This document shows positions 18,603-28,113 of a stretch of DNA of 32,000 nt, piece by piece. How positions within the stretch are numbered: the first letter of the stretch is position 1; each line of letters opens with the position of its first letter. The stretch lies in the NCBI GenBank assembly GCA_965250005.1, contig OZ252279.1:1500001-1532000 (forward strand), written 5' to 3'. The stretch comes from Demequinaceae bacterium (GTDB lineage Bacteria; Actinomycetota; Actinomycetes; Actinomycetales; Demequinaceae). Below the pieces are notes generated by a model. That model had not been told where the DNA came from. It made no database searches and saw only the letters and a list, made by a program, of their open reading frames with translations. A program made the position numbers and the translations under genes.

Positions 18603-19520
18603 ATGCGAGCGTTTCAGGTGCTGGAGCCTGGCGAAAACTGGAAGGTTGGCGTCGTCGAGATTCCCGATCCCACCGTGGCCAACGACACGGTCTTGGTGCG
18701 CGTGGATGCCGCGGCCCTGAATCCTATCGACTACAAAATCGCGAGCGGCCGACGCGGCGGTCGAGAGTACCCGTTGACCCTGGGATTCGACCTGGTCGGC
18801 ATTGTCGAAGAGGTGGGCGCCGACGTCACTCAGGTACGTTCGGGCGACCGGGTGATGGCGATGGCCCCCATCGAGCACGCTGGGACAGTTGCAGAGCTGG
18901 TAGTGCTCCGCGAAGAGAACATCGCGATCGCGCCAGCCGTGCTGGATAACGCGACCGCGGCAGCGCTGCCCCTTGCCGCGCTTACGGCCCTCGAGGCGCT
19001 CGACATTGCGCGGGTGCGCAAGGGCCAGAACGTGCTGATACACGCCGGAGCAGGCGGAGTCGGGCACTTCGCGATTCAGTTGGCCAAGATGCGCGGCGCG
19101 ACCGTCTACGCGACGGCATCGGCGGCGAATCAAGAGCTGCTCGCTGAACTCGGGGCGGATCACCCCGTTGACTATGTAAAGGAGTCGACGGAGGACACGG
19201 CCCAGCATGCGGACGTCGTGATCGACACCATGGGCGGCGACGTGGCCAAGGTGTCGCTCAGGGCGATGCGCTCTGGCGGTGCGTTCGTGACCATTGTCGG
19301 CTGGGCGCAATTGGACCAATTCGAGCGCGATGACGTGTCGGTTGACGGATTCCTGGTCGCGCCGCGAGGAGACAAGCTTACTGAGCTGGCCTCGCTCGTG
19401 GAGGCGGGCACATTGCGCGTGATCGTTCACAGCGTGGTTCCGTTCGACCAGGCTCCCCAGGCGCTCGTGGACTTGCGCGAGGGCCACACTGTGGGCAAGC
19501 GCGTGGTTTCTATTCGGTGA
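18603..19520 (+). CDS. NADP-dependent oxidoreductase, quinone oxidoreductase / alcohol dehydrogenase-like (MDR superfamily)
   Basis: VRVDAAALNPIDYKIASG, GFDLVGIVEEVG, GQNVLIHAGAGGVGHFAIQLAKMRGATVYATAS. ATG at 18603 with an AGGAG upstream; the track start at 18555 is less likely. Confidence 0.92.
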   Translation: MRAFQVLEPGENWKVGVVEIPDPTVANDTVLVRVDAAALNPIDYKIASGRRGGREYPLTLGFDLVGIVEEVGADVTQVRSGDRVMAMAPIEHAGTVAELVVLREENIAIAPAVLDNATAAALPLAALTALEALDIARVRKGQNVLIHAGAGGVGHFAIQLAKMRGATVYATASAANQELLAELGADHPVDYVKESTEDTAQHADVVIDTMGGDVAKVSLRAMRSGGAFVTIVGWAQLDQFERDDVSVDGFLVAPRGDKLTELASLVEAGTLRVIVHSVVPFDQAPQALVDLREGHTVGKRVVSIR

Positions 19521-19629
19521 TTTTCGGCGCTGCCTCAAAGATTGGGGCGCGCCCTCGGACTGGTTCTTTGGACTGGTTCTTTCGCACTGCAGGAACCGCC
19601 CAAATGGTGTGATTTCTCACGCCAGCACG

Positions 19630-19665
19630 CCACTAGCGACAAAGCGAGGGTAGCGTCGTTAGTGG
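19630..19665 (+). promoter_or_regulatory. Inverted repeat / RNA hairpin upstream of the 19675 ORF
   Basis: CCACTAGCGAC (19630-19640) and GTCGTTAGTGG (19655-19665) form 10 Watson-Crick pairs plus 1 G:U with a 14-nt loop. The 3' arm runs into the GGAGG ribosome-binding site (19664-19668). Confidence 0.55.
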
Positions 19666-19674
19666 AGGCACCGG

Positions 19675-20052
19675 GTGGCGTACGAAGTTTTTGTTCAGGC
19701 GTTTGAGGCGGGGATTCCCGTTCTCATGCGCGCTGAGGCAGTCGAACCCATCGTCGAGCCTTACATAATCGCTCGCTCGGCAGGGTTTGCCCAAGTCAAG
19801 ACGTCCGACGGCGGAGCTGATCTCTACGGCTACGGCGACGACGGCGGTTTGCTGGTGGCGAACCCGAGCGGCGGGGAGATTTGGGAGCTGGTGCTCGCAA
19901 TTGCGCGAGTCAACGGAGCCGCAATCATTCCGATTGGTGAGCCAGCAATCGTGGTCGACGAAGAGGTCCGCAGGGAGCTACCAGAGGACATGCGCGAAGC
20001 CGCGCGAGTAGTGCGCGCTCGCCGCGCCTTGATGGACGCGCTTGGATTCTGA
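19675..20052 (+). CDS. Hypothetical protein (125 aa)
   Basis: GTG start preceded by GGAGG; compositionally coding-like frame (MAYEVFVQAFEAGIPVLMRAEAVEPIVEPYIIARS...). Confidence 0.6.
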   Translation: MAYEVFVQAFEAGIPVLMRAEAVEPIVEPYIIARSAGFAQVKTSDGGADLYGYGDDGGLLVANPSGGEIWELVLAIARVNGAAIIPIGEPAIVVDEEVRRELPEDMREAARVVRARRALMDALGF

Positions 20053-20056
20053 GCCA

Positions 20057-20473
20057 CTAGCGCGCGGGTGCCAGCTCCCAGGTGCGGGCGGCGAGCGCCG
20101 TGCTCAAAGCCTCTTGAAATGTGGCGACATCGCCGTCGAGTTCCTCGAGTTGTTCGGCGGCGAGCACGACTTCAAGCGACTCGTCATCAAGGCGGGCCAA
20201 GACGATCGCGAGGCCGTAGCCGGAGACGGCGCGCGTGATGTCTGCGGACATTTCGTTGCGGTGCAAGAGCGCGAACGGTACGCCGAAGTGGTTGACCATC
20301 CGGTCCCAAGCGCGTTTGCGCGCGACGCCGGCGTGCGTCACGTCGCAGAGTGCACAATGCGCGGTGCCGAGCATCTTGCCCACCACGTACGAAACCTCGC
20401 CTCTTACGCCTCCGTCGGCGTCGTAAACGCCGACGAACCCAGTCACCTTGGTCACCTTGTTCGGTTGCTCCAT
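20057..20473 (-). CDS. Hypothetical protein (138 aa) with CALC motif
   Basis: ATG start; coherent soluble protein MEQPNKVTKVTGFVGVYDADGGVRGEVSYVVGKMLGTAHCALCDVTHAG...; convergent with 19675..20052 with a 4-nt gap. Confidence 0.65.
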   Translation of the reverse strand: MEQPNKVTKVTGFVGVYDADGGVRGEVSYVVGKMLGTAHCALCDVTHAGVARKRAWDRMVNHFGVPFALLHRNEMSADITRAVSGYGLAIVLARLDDESLEVVLAAEQLEELDGDVATFQEALSTALAARTWELAPAR

Positions 20474-20557
20474 ATCTAGGTAACGAACGTGGGTACCTGA
20501 CGCTTCCCACGGCCGGGATCCCGCACCAATATTCTTCCTGCGGGTTAGTCTCGGGGG

Positions 20558-21784
20558 GTGTCCTCGCCCACCTCAATTACCGACGTTCTTGTTGTTGGCG
20601 CCGGACCCGTAGGCATGGTGACCGCGCTCGGGCTGGCCCGCGAGGGCCTTGGCGTGACTTTGGTCGACCCAACACCGGGATTCCCGAAGGGGTCGCGCGC
20701 GTCGCTCTTATGGCCGCGGGCCCTGGAGTCACTGGATCGCTGCGGCGCCGGCGACGCTGTGGTCGCAATGGGAGTCCTTAGACCCGTTGTCAAACTGTTC
20801 GACGTTCGATCCGGCCGCACGCTGATATCCGCTGACTTCGGACTGCTGTCGTCCGAGACCACCCGTCCGACGATTCTCTCGGTATCCCAAGATCGCATCG
20901 AGCAAGCGTTGCTCGAACTTGTCGCAGCACAGAGTGGTATCTCCGTGGTTACCGGCTGCGTAACGGGCCTCGCGGAGACATTCATTGGAGTGGACGTCGA
21001 GGTGGACGCGGAGCGTGGCGGCGGGACGCACATGGCGAGGTACGTGGTTGCGGCCGACGGGGCGCGGTCGCTCGTGCGCGACCTCCTCGATATCGAGTTG
21101 GTGGGGCATCACCGGAGCACGTGGATCGCGACTGCGGACGTCCGGTGCGCCAACACGGAGCTCGCCCCCGTGCGATATGACCCTCACGAAAACGGTCTTT
21201 CCGCAGCATTCCGCATTGGAAGAGACCTGTGGCGTGTCATCGCCTCGATTCCGGGCGACGTTGCTGGAAGCGCTGTTGAAGCCGAGGAACACGTTCGTGC
21301 CCGCGCGCAAGTCCTCTTCGTCGGGGCCACACACAAGGTGACGTGGCAGAGCGTGACGCCGCTTGCCAACCACACCGCGAAGAGCATGCGCGTTGGGCGG
21401 ATCCTGCTCGCCGGAGATGCGGGCCACGTGCTGTCGCCGTCGGGAGGGCAGGGCCTCAACTTGGGATTTGTCGACGCCGAGTGGGCAGTATGGGCGGTCG
21501 CGGCAGCGTTGGCCGCCGAGACCTCCGGGGATCCGCGAAACGCCCTGGCGACATTGGACGCCTACGGAACGGAGCGGGTGCGGAGCGCGCGGCTGGCGTC
21601 ACGGCGCGCGGAGACCACGGCTATTGGCGAGTTCTACGCTCCGGGCTGGCTTCGCACCGCCACGCTACCGGTGGCGAGGCTCGCGCTCCGCTCCGCGCCC
21701 GTGCATCGCGCGACACTGCGAAGGCTCTCGATGCTGGGAGATGCGTTCCCGCCGCCGCCCGTCGCGAGGCTCCTGCCCAACTAG
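20558..21784 (+). CDS. FAD-dependent monooxygenase (PHBH/UbiH-like FAD_binding_3)
   Basis: Rossmann GxGxxG motif VLVVGAGPVGMVTALGLAREGLGVTLVD; DG-type motif VVAADGARSLVRDLL; GRILLAGDAGHVLSPSGGQGLNLGFVDA. Confidence 0.92.
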   Translation: MSSPTSITDVLVVGAGPVGMVTALGLAREGLGVTLVDPTPGFPKGSRASLLWPRALESLDRCGAGDAVVAMGVLRPVVKLFDVRSGRTLISADFGLLSSETTRPTILSVSQDRIEQALLELVAAQSGISVVTGCVTGLAETFIGVDVEVDAERGGGTHMARYVVAADGARSLVRDLLDIELVGHHRSTWIATADVRCANTELAPVRYDPHENGLSAAFRIGRDLWRVIASIPGDVAGSAVEAEEHVRARAQVLFVGATHKVTWQSVTPLANHTAKSMRVGRILLAGDAGHVLSPSGGQGLNLGFVDAEWAVWAVAAALAAETSGDPRNALATLDAYGTERVRSARLASRRAETTAIGEFYAPGWLRTATLPVARLALRSAPVHRATLRRLSMLGDAFPPPPVARLLPN

Positions 21785-22062
21785 ACTAGGAGGGCTCGGA
21801 ACGCCGCGGTCACGCGCTCGGGAGCGTCAACATCGAGACCTAGGAACAGGCTCGACTCAGTCACCTCGAGCTCGAGCAGCAGGGGTCCGTCCGGGCCGGG
21901 AACCGCACACGCGCGCGCGTAGGCGAGCGCCGTCATGTCAGCCAGGAGGTTGTCGGCTAAGCGTCGCTGCTCTGCAGTCGCCTCGGTAGCTCCAACCTTT
22001 TCGTCGGCGTCGGGAACGGGAAGTTCGACGGTCGTCACGATGGCGATGCGTGCGCTCATCAC
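21781..22062 (-). CDS. Hypothetical protein (93 aa)
   Basis: Coherent ORF on the opposite strand, with its stop overlapping the stop of the monooxygenase. Confidence 0.5.
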   Translation of the reverse strand: MMSARIAIVTTVELPVPDADEKVGATEATAEQRRLADNLLADMTALAYARACAVPGPDGPLLLELEVTESSLFLGLDVDAPERVTAAFRALLV

Positions 22063-22089
22063 GCAGACTAACCGAGCGAAGGGGCTCCG

Positions 22090-22902
22090 CTAGAACGCAT
22101 CGAAGGTGCCGGACTCCACCCACCGGGCGTGCGCTCGATACATGTGGCCGTTGCGGCGCATGTCCTCGTCTGTTTGCATAGAACACCGGTCCGCCAACTC
22201 GTCCAGCCGGGATGGGAGCAGGGTGAGAAGTTCAAACGGCGCATAGAGTTTCGGTTCGTCGTCGCCAGCGATTCCACCGCGGCCGACGGCGCCGTACGCC
22301 TTGAGGAACGCCTCGAGCCGTACGCGCATAGTCCCCATGTCAAACGGCGAGCGGTCCGCACCCGCGCCGTCGTCGATCGCGGTCCCCGGCGCCGGGAGGA
22401 GTGGAACGTACCGGTACGCGGTAAATGCCATGTCCCAGAGCCGCGAAGCGGGGTAGCAAACGTCAAAGTCGATTGCGCCAACGAACCTGCCATACCGGAA
22501 GACGTGGTTGTACTCGGCGAAGTCGTTGTGGGCGATGACCTCGTGTGGCAACCGGCCGGGCAAGAACCACGGGTCCTTGCGCGAGTGCTCAAAATCGACC
22601 GTCGCGTCGTGCCACTGGCGTTGGGCTCGCGCAACATCCTCCAGAATCTGATCGGTGCGCAGCCACTCCGGCTGGCCGTGCGCGACCTCGCCTTCGATGA
22701 AATCGAGGATCTCGCGACCGACGTCGTCGAAGCCGTGAAAGCGAGGCACCCAGTCCACGCCGGCGTCCCGCATGTGAGTGAGCAGGCGGCGAATCGTGGG
22801 CGACCAGTCGGAGGCACCACGACGCACGGTGTCGCCCACGCGGACGACCCTGGCCTTTATATTTTCGCCGTCAAGAGCGTGCTCTTGCAGTGCGCTGTCC
22901 AT
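22090..22902 (-). CDS. Phosphotransferase family protein (APH-like)
   Basis: HNDFAEYNHVFRYGRFVGAIDFDVCYPASRLWDMAF resembles the HxDxxxxN and IDFD motifs of APH enzymes. Start MDSALQEHALDGEN at 22902 is preferred. Confidence 0.75.
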   Translation of the reverse strand: MDSALQEHALDGENIKARVVRVGDTVRRGASDWSPTIRRLLTHMRDAGVDWVPRFHGFDDVGREILDFIEGEVAHGQPEWLRTDQILEDVARAQRQWHDATVDFEHSRKDPWFLPGRLPHEVIAHNDFAEYNHVFRYGRFVGAIDFDVCYPASRLWDMAFTAYRYVPLLPAPGTAIDDGAGADRSPFDMGTMRVRLEAFLKAYGAVGRGGIAGDDEPKLYAPFELLTLLPSRLDELADRCSMQTDEDMRRNGHMYRAHARWVESGTFDAF

Positions 22903-23018
22903 TCCGCCAACGTACCGGGGCAGGAGCACGAGCGGCAGGTTTTGACGAGTGAAAACGGCCACATTTCCCGTATCCGAGTGAGGGATGTCTCGCCGTTATC
23001 GGCCGTTTGTCCTTACGT

Positions 23019-23056
23019 TCTCCAAACAACGCGCACAATATGTTCGGTTTTGGAGA
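23019..23056 (+). promoter_or_regulatory. 8-bp inverted repeat in the long upstream region of the hydrogenase operon
   Basis: TCTCCAAA (23019-23026) and TTTGGAGA (23049-23056), 22-nt spacer, between the divergent genes starting at 22902 (-) and 23453 (+). Confidence 0.3.
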
Positions 23057-23452
23057 CGCCAAACGTGCGCCTGCGCTCAGGACAAGCCATGACTCCCACC
23101 GAATCCAAGTTTGCGGGCCGCGCCGCCACGGCCGTACTCGTTCTCTCCCGCTGGAGCTCCAGCGCCGCGGCAGACGACGGCATCGCGTCTCTGAAGGATT
23201 CGGGCGCCCAGGCTGGCGCCGGAGTTGAGCTGACGGCCGAGCAGTCGGCGCTTGCGTTCGCGTAGTGTATGCGCGACAACGGCATAGATTTTGAGGACCC
23301 GACGGTTGGCGCGGATGGGAGCCCCTCATTCGAGAACGCATTCGCAGGCTCTGCACCATGTTGAGAATGACCCTGTTGCTTGTGACCTTGGTCCTGCCGC
23401 GAATCCACAGTGACGTCCTAGCGTGTAAATGGGAGGCGTCACAGGAGGCGCA

Positions 23453-24613
23453 ATGGGCCAGGGGACTAGGATTATCGACGTTGCAGGGCTTGACGCCCTC
23501 GTTACGGAATTGCGGTCGCGCGGCTATTCAGTCGTGGGCCCAACCGTCCGCGACGGCGCGATCATCAACGCACCTATCACGTCGACGGCTGACCTTCCGC
23601 ATGGAGTCGGCGACGAGCAGAACTCGTCCCACTACCGGTTGACCGAGCGCGACGACGGAGCCTTTTTCGGGTTCGCCGCGGGCGCTCAGTCAATGAAGCC
23701 GATTCTCTTCCCCGCGAACGAGCTGCTCTTCAAGGGCACGCGGGACGACGGCGCGGTTGAGATCGATGCGGCCACCGCCAAGCAAATCCAGGCCGTCGGA
23801 CCGCCGTACGCGCTGATAGGCATGCGCGGCTGCGACATATCAGCGATGCTCATCCAGGACACGGTGTTAACGAAGCGCGCAGTGGCGGACTCCAATTATC
23901 AGGCGCGCCGCGCCGAGGCGTTCATCGTTGGCGCTACTTGCGGGACACCGGCCGGTACGTGCTTTTGCGCGTCCATGGGTAGCGGACCGCGTGCAAAGGA
24001 AGGCTTCGACCTCAACCTGACCGAGGTGATCGACGGCGACGCGCACACGTTCGTGGTTGATGTGGGAAGCGATCGGGGAGCGGATGTTCTTGACGCAGTC
24101 AGCGCCGCGGTCGCCACTGCCGCGCAGTCCAGAGCGGCCGACGCGGTGAGCGCCAACGCTGCGAAGCACATGGGCCGCGAGCTCGAAACGGACGGGCTCA
24201 AGGAGCTGCTATATGACAGCGCCGAGAGTTCCCGTTGGGAAGAGATCGCATCACGGTGCCTCGCGTGCACCAACTGCACCCTGGTCTGTCCCACCTGCTT
24301 CTGCACCTCTGTCGAGGACATCACTGATTTGTCAGGTGACAAGACTGAGCGGCACCGTGTCTGGGATTCGTGCTTCTCCGAGGATTTCTCGTACATCCAC
24401 GGCGGCAGTGTTCGGCCGAGTGTGCAGTCGCGCTATCGCCAGTGGATGACCCACAAGTTGGCGGCTTGGGAGGACCAGTTCGGGATAAGTGGCTGCGTGG
24501 GTTGCGGCCGCTGCATCACCTGGTGCCCCGCCGCAATCGACATCACCGCCGAGGCCGCAGCCATGCGCAGCGCGACTCCGGATACCGTACCGGCCGCGCA
24601 AGGAAGCAAGTAG
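23453..24613 (+). CDS. hyhB: 4Fe-4S dicluster protein, HydB-like (sulfhydrogenase beta) subunit of a group 3b-type [NiFe]-hydrogenase
   Basis: CLACTNCTLVCPTCFCTSVED and GISGCVGCGRCITWCPAAIDITAE cluster motifs. ATG 23453 preceded by AGGAGG (23443-23448). First gene of the hydrogenase operon. Confidence 0.9.
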   Translation: MGQGTRIIDVAGLDALVTELRSRGYSVVGPTVRDGAIINAPITSTADLPHGVGDEQNSSHYRLTERDDGAFFGFAAGAQSMKPILFPANELLFKGTRDDGAVEIDAATAKQIQAVGPPYALIGMRGCDISAMLIQDTVLTKRAVADSNYQARRAEAFIVGATCGTPAGTCFCASMGSGPRAKEGFDLNLTEVIDGDAHTFVVDVGSDRGADVLDAVSAAVATAAQSRAADAVSANAAKHMGRELETDGLKELLYDSAESSRWEEIASRCLACTNCTLVCPTCFCTSVEDITDLSGDKTERHRVWDSCFSEDFSYIHGGSVRPSVQSRYRQWMTHKLAAWEDQFGISGCVGCGRCITWCPAAIDITAEAAAMRSATPDTVPAAQGSK

Positions 24614-24624
24614 GGGACCGCGCT

Positions 24625-25098
24625 ATGCAGAACATCACTGAGATCAAGGACTACCTCCCCGAGCACCCGTTCTTTGAAGGAATGGATGCGTCGCTGCTCG
24701 AGTTCCTCGCGGGATGCGCGACCAATGTGCACTTCAAGCCTGGGGAGATCGTCTTTAAAGAGGGTGACCCCGCCGACACGTTCTACGTGGTGCGCAAAGG
24801 GCGCGTGGCGATTCAGGTCCACGACCCAGCCGGAGGGGGGATCCTCGACACCGTCGAGGGCGGCGGCGTTGTGGGCTGGACATGGCTGGTACCGCCCTAC
24901 CGCTGGCTTTTTGACGCAATCGCGTCCGCTGAGACGAGTGCGGTCGCGTTCGACGGCCAGTGCCTGCGCGACAAGTGCGAGGCCGACCCGTCGGTGGGCT
25001 ACGTCCTCATGCAGCGCGTCGCGATGGTCATGTACGACCGGCTCGAGGCAGCGCGGCTGAGGCTGCTAGACCTCTACGGCGACAAGGAGAAGGAATGA
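24625..25098 (+). CDS. Stand-alone cyclic-nucleotide-binding-fold protein (no HTH)
   Basis: FFEGMDASLLEFLAGCATNVHFKPGEIVFKEGDPADTFYVVRKGRVAIQV is a clear cNMP-binding/CRP jelly-roll start. The protein ends after the C-helix region with no DNA-binding domain (157 aa). Confidence 0.9.
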   Translation: MQNITEIKDYLPEHPFFEGMDASLLEFLAGCATNVHFKPGEIVFKEGDPADTFYVVRKGRVAIQVHDPAGGGILDTVEGGGVVGWTWLVPPYRWLFDAIASAETSAVAFDGQCLRDKCEADPSVGYVLMQRVAMVMYDRLEAARLRLLDLYGDKEKE

Positions 25099-25973
25099 CC
25101 ACGGACGTGACTGATGCGGCGGGCCTCGCCACGAACGACGGTCCTATGGTTCCGCGCCGGTTCCGGCTGCTCAGCAACCGCAAGGACACGCACGACACTC
25201 ACACACTCGAACTGGAACCAATGGACGGCGGGCCGCTCGAGTTCGCTGCGGGGCAGTTCACCATGCTTCAGGCATTCGGCGTGGGCGAGGTGCCCATATC
25301 CATCAGCGGCGACCCCGTGGGAAGCGGCGAGGCTGGTGCTGGCCCGCTGGTTCACACCATCCGCGACGTGGGCGGAGTCACGTCTGCGCTCGTGCGCGCT
25401 GAGCCCGGATTGGTCATGGGCGTCCGTGGCCCGTTCGGCACCAGCTGGGATGTGACGGACAGCAAGGGCCGCGACGTGGTCATCATCACCGGGGGGATCG
25501 GTCTCGCGCCCCTGCGCCCCGCAATTCTGGAAGTGCTCGCGGACCGCGACGCTTACAACAACGTCGTGCTGCTCTACGGAGCTCGCACGCCCGCGGACAT
25601 CCTCTACGGCGACGAGCTCCGCAAGTGGGAAGGCTTGCGCGGTGTGGACGTCGAGGTGACGGTGGACAACGGCCCGTACGATTGGCGCGGTCGAGTGGGG
25701 TTCGTGACGCAACTGATCAAGCGGGCTGAGTTTGATCCCACGAATACGCTCGCGCTGGTGTGCGGCCCTGAGGTGATGATGCGAGCGTCGGCGACGGGAC
25801 TTGCCGATCGCGGCGTGCCCGCCAGCGAGATCCGGCTGTCGCTTGAGCGCAACATGAAGTGCGGCATCGGGCTGTGTGGGCACTGCCAGCTTCGCGAGCT
25901 CTTTGCTTGCGTGGATGGTCCGGTCCTGACTTACGAGCGACTCGAGTCGCTCATGAAGCTACGGGAGTTGTGA
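25095..25973 (+). CDS. hyhG: FAD/NAD(P)-binding hydrogenase gamma subunit (HydG-like)
   Basis: Ferredoxin-reductase-type protein: [55 protein letters not shown]-terminal [2Fe-2S] motif [21 protein letters not shown] overlap with the preceding gene. Confidence 0.93.
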   Translation: MTTDVTDAAGLATNDGPMVPRRFRLLSNRKDTHDTHTLELEPMDGGPLEFAAGQFTMLQAFGVGEVPISISGDPVGSGEAGAGPLVHTIRDVGGVTSALVRAEPGLVMGVRGPFGTSWDVTDSKGRDVVIITGGIGLAPLRPAILEVLADRDAYNNVVLLYGARTPADILYGDELRKWEGLRGVDVEVTVDNGPYDWRGRVGFVTQLIKRAEFDPTNTLALVCGPEVMMRASATGLADRGVPASEIRLSLERNMKCGIGLCGHCQLRELFACVDGPVLTYERLESLMKLREL

Positions 25974-26809
25974 TGACGACCAAGGACAAGCCCAAGCTCG
26001 CAGTCTGGAAGTTCGCCAGCTGCGACGGCTGCCAACTGACTTTGCTGAACTGTGAGGACGAGCTCCTCGACGTCGCGGGAGCGGTCAATATCGCCTACTT
26101 CCCCGAGGCCACGCGCGCCGTGGTGCCGGGGCCGTACGACGTGTCGCTCGTCGAAGGATCTGTCACCACTCCGGAGGACGCCGAGCGGATTCACGAGATC
26201 CGCGAGGCCTCCGGGGTGGTGGTCACCATTGGCGCCTGTGCGACGGCAGGCGGCATTCAGGCGCTGCGCAACTGGGCAGATGTTGAGGAATACCGATCGG
26301 TGGTCTACGCCCACCCCGAGTACCTGTCGACGCTCGAGCGGTCGTCGGCCATCAGTGAGCACATCAACGTGGACTACGAGCTGCGCGGCTGCCCCGTGGA
26401 TAAGCGGCAGCTTCTGGAGGTTCTCGCCAGTTACCTGCAAGGCCGCAAGCCGCGCATCCCTACGTACTCGGTCTGCGTCGAGTGCAAGAAAAAGGGCAAC
26501 GTGTGTGTCGCGGTCGCGACAGGCACGCCGTGCCTAGGCCCTGTGACGCAGGCCGGTTGTGGCGCGCTGTGTCCGTCGTTTGCTCGCGGGTGCTACGGCT
26601 GCTTCGGCCCGCAGGACACCCCGAACACGCCCTCGCTCGCGAACCAGTTGGTCGAGCTGGGGATGAGCGACGACGACGTGGCGCGGGTGTACCGAACGTT
26701 CAACGCTGAGGCGACGCCGTTCCGAGCCGAGAGCGAGGCGAGAGCCGCCGCGGGATCTGGGCGCGTCGCCGCCAGCCAGCCCGCCGACGCGAAGGGGGCA
26801 GCATCATGA
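25973..26809 (+). CDS. hyhS: [NiFe]-hydrogenase small (delta) subunit, group 3b-like
   Basis: [79 protein letters not shown]: full set of Fe-S cysteines. TGATG overlap with the upstream gene. Confidence 0.95.
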   Translation: MTTKDKPKLAVWKFASCDGCQLTLLNCEDELLDVAGAVNIAYFPEATRAVVPGPYDVSLVEGSVTTPEDAERIHEIREASGVVVTIGACATAGGIQALRNWADVEEYRSVVYAHPEYLSTLERSSAISEHINVDYELRGCPVDKRQLLEVLASYLQGRKPRIPTYSVCVECKKKGNVCVAVATGTPCLGPVTQAGCGALCPSFARGCYGCFGPQDTPNTPSLANQLVELGMSDDDVARVYRTFNAEATPFRAESEARAAAGSGRVAASQPADAKGAAS

Positions 26810-28113
26810 CGCACACACTCAAAGACGGTGGACAGGTCCTCAACGTGGGCATGCTCGCACGCGTCGAGGGCGAGGGCGGCATGCACATCGAGATCAAGGA
26901 CAAGGTGGTGCAGTCCGTCAAACTAAACATTTTCGAGCCGCCGCGGTTCTACGAGGCCTTCTTGCGGGGCAGGAAGTACACGGAGCCGCCGGACATCACG
27001 GCGCGTATCTGTGGCATCTGCCCGGTTGCGTATCAAAGCGCGTCCACGGAGGCGATCGAAATGATCGGAGGCGCCGTGACCACGCCCGCGATCCAGGCGA
27101 TGCGGCGGCTGCTGTATTGCGGCGAATGGATCGAGAGTCACGCGCTCCACATCTACCTGCTCCACGCTCCAGACTTCCTCGGAGCGGAATCGGCTATCGA
27201 ACTCGCTGGCGACCACCCTGACGTGGTCAAGCGCGGCCTGCGGCTTAAGAAGGCTGGCAACGACCTCATGGAACTCACCGGTGGACGCGCTATACACCCA
27301 GTGAACGTGCGCGTGGGCGGCTTTTACCGGATGCCAACCAAGGCGGAGATGCTCGCGCTGCGACCGGCGCTTGAAGAAGGGCTTGTCGACGCGCTCGCGA
27401 CGGTGCAGTTGGTCTCGACGTTTGACTTTCCAGACATGGAGCAGGACTACGAGTACGTCGCGCTGCGCCACCCGGACTACTACGCGATCGAGCGCGGTAC
27501 CGAAGTGGTGTCGTCCTCCGGGACGAGATTCCCCGTGCACGAGTTCCCCGAGCACATCAAGGAATTCCACGTGGAGCACTCGAACGCTCTGCACGCGAAG
27601 TTCGACGGCAAGATGTACATGGTCGGTCCGCTCGCGCGCTACTGCCTCAATTACGACCAGCTGAGCGACACGGTCAAGGAGGCCGCGGCCGCCGCTGGTC
27701 TGGACACCACGTGCCGCAACCAGTTCAAGTCGATCATCGTGCGTTCGCTCGAACTGATGTATGCATTCGAAGAGTCGCTGCGCATTATTGACGAGTGGTC
27801 CGACGGACCCGCGGCCTTCGTGCCCGTCGAAGGCAAGGCCGGCGAGGGCATTGGGGCGTCCGAGGCGCCGCGCGGAACAATCTTCCACCGCTACGTCACA
27901 GATGCTGACGGCATCATCACAGACGCGCAAATTGTGCCACCCACGTCGCAGAACCAGCCGAGCATCGAAGCAGACATGCTCAAGGCCGCGCAGCAGTGGG
28001 TCGACATGGACGACCATGCGCTCACCCACCGGTGCGAGCAGGCAATCCGCAACTACGACCCGTGCATTTCTTGCGCGACGCACTTCCTCGACCTCAGGGT
28101 TGAGCGATCGTGA
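26806..28113 (+). CDS. hyhL: [NiFe]-hydrogenase large (alpha) subunit, group 3b-like
   Basis: L1 motif [16 protein letters not shown] and L2 motif [18 protein letters not shown] (both CxxC pairs present, short C-terminal extension after His). ATGA overlap. Confidence 0.95.
   Translation: MTHTLKDGGQVLNVGMLARVEGEGGMHIEIKDKVVQSVKLNIFEPPRFYEAFLRGRKYTEPPDITARICGICPVAYQSASTEAIEMIGGAVTTPAIQAMRRLLYCGEWIESHALHIYLLHAPDFLGAESAIELAGDHPDVVKRGLRLKKAGNDLMELTGGRAIHPVNVRVGGFYRMPTKAEMLALRPALEEGLVDALATVQLVSTFDFPDMEQDYEYVALRHPDYYAIERGTEVVSSSGTRFPVHEFPEHIKEFHVEHSNALHAKFDGKMYMVGPLARYCLNYDQLSDTVKEAAAAAGLDTTCRNQFKSIIVRSLELMYAFEESLRIIDEWSDGPAAFVPVEGKAGEGIGASEAPRGTIFHRYVTDADGIITDAQIVPPTSQNQPSIEADMLKAAQQWVDMDDHALTHRCEQAIRNYDPCISCATHFLDLRVERS

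Noticed and set aside
20488-20511. CGTGGG-N12-CCCACG inverted repeat between divergent genes
   Set aside because: Only 6-bp arms in GC-rich DNA; could be an operator but expected by chance. Noted without claim.
22129-23265. 378-aa plus-strand ORF spanning the phosphotransferase gene
   Set aside because: Most of it is antisense to the 22090-22902 phosphotransferase. Only the final 58-aa part from 23089 lies in intergenic DNA, and it has weak support.
26923-28083. 386-aa minus-strand ORF antisense to the hydrogenase large subunit
   Set aside because: The plus-strand large subunit has complete L1/L2 motifs; the antisense ORF is a codon-bias artefact.
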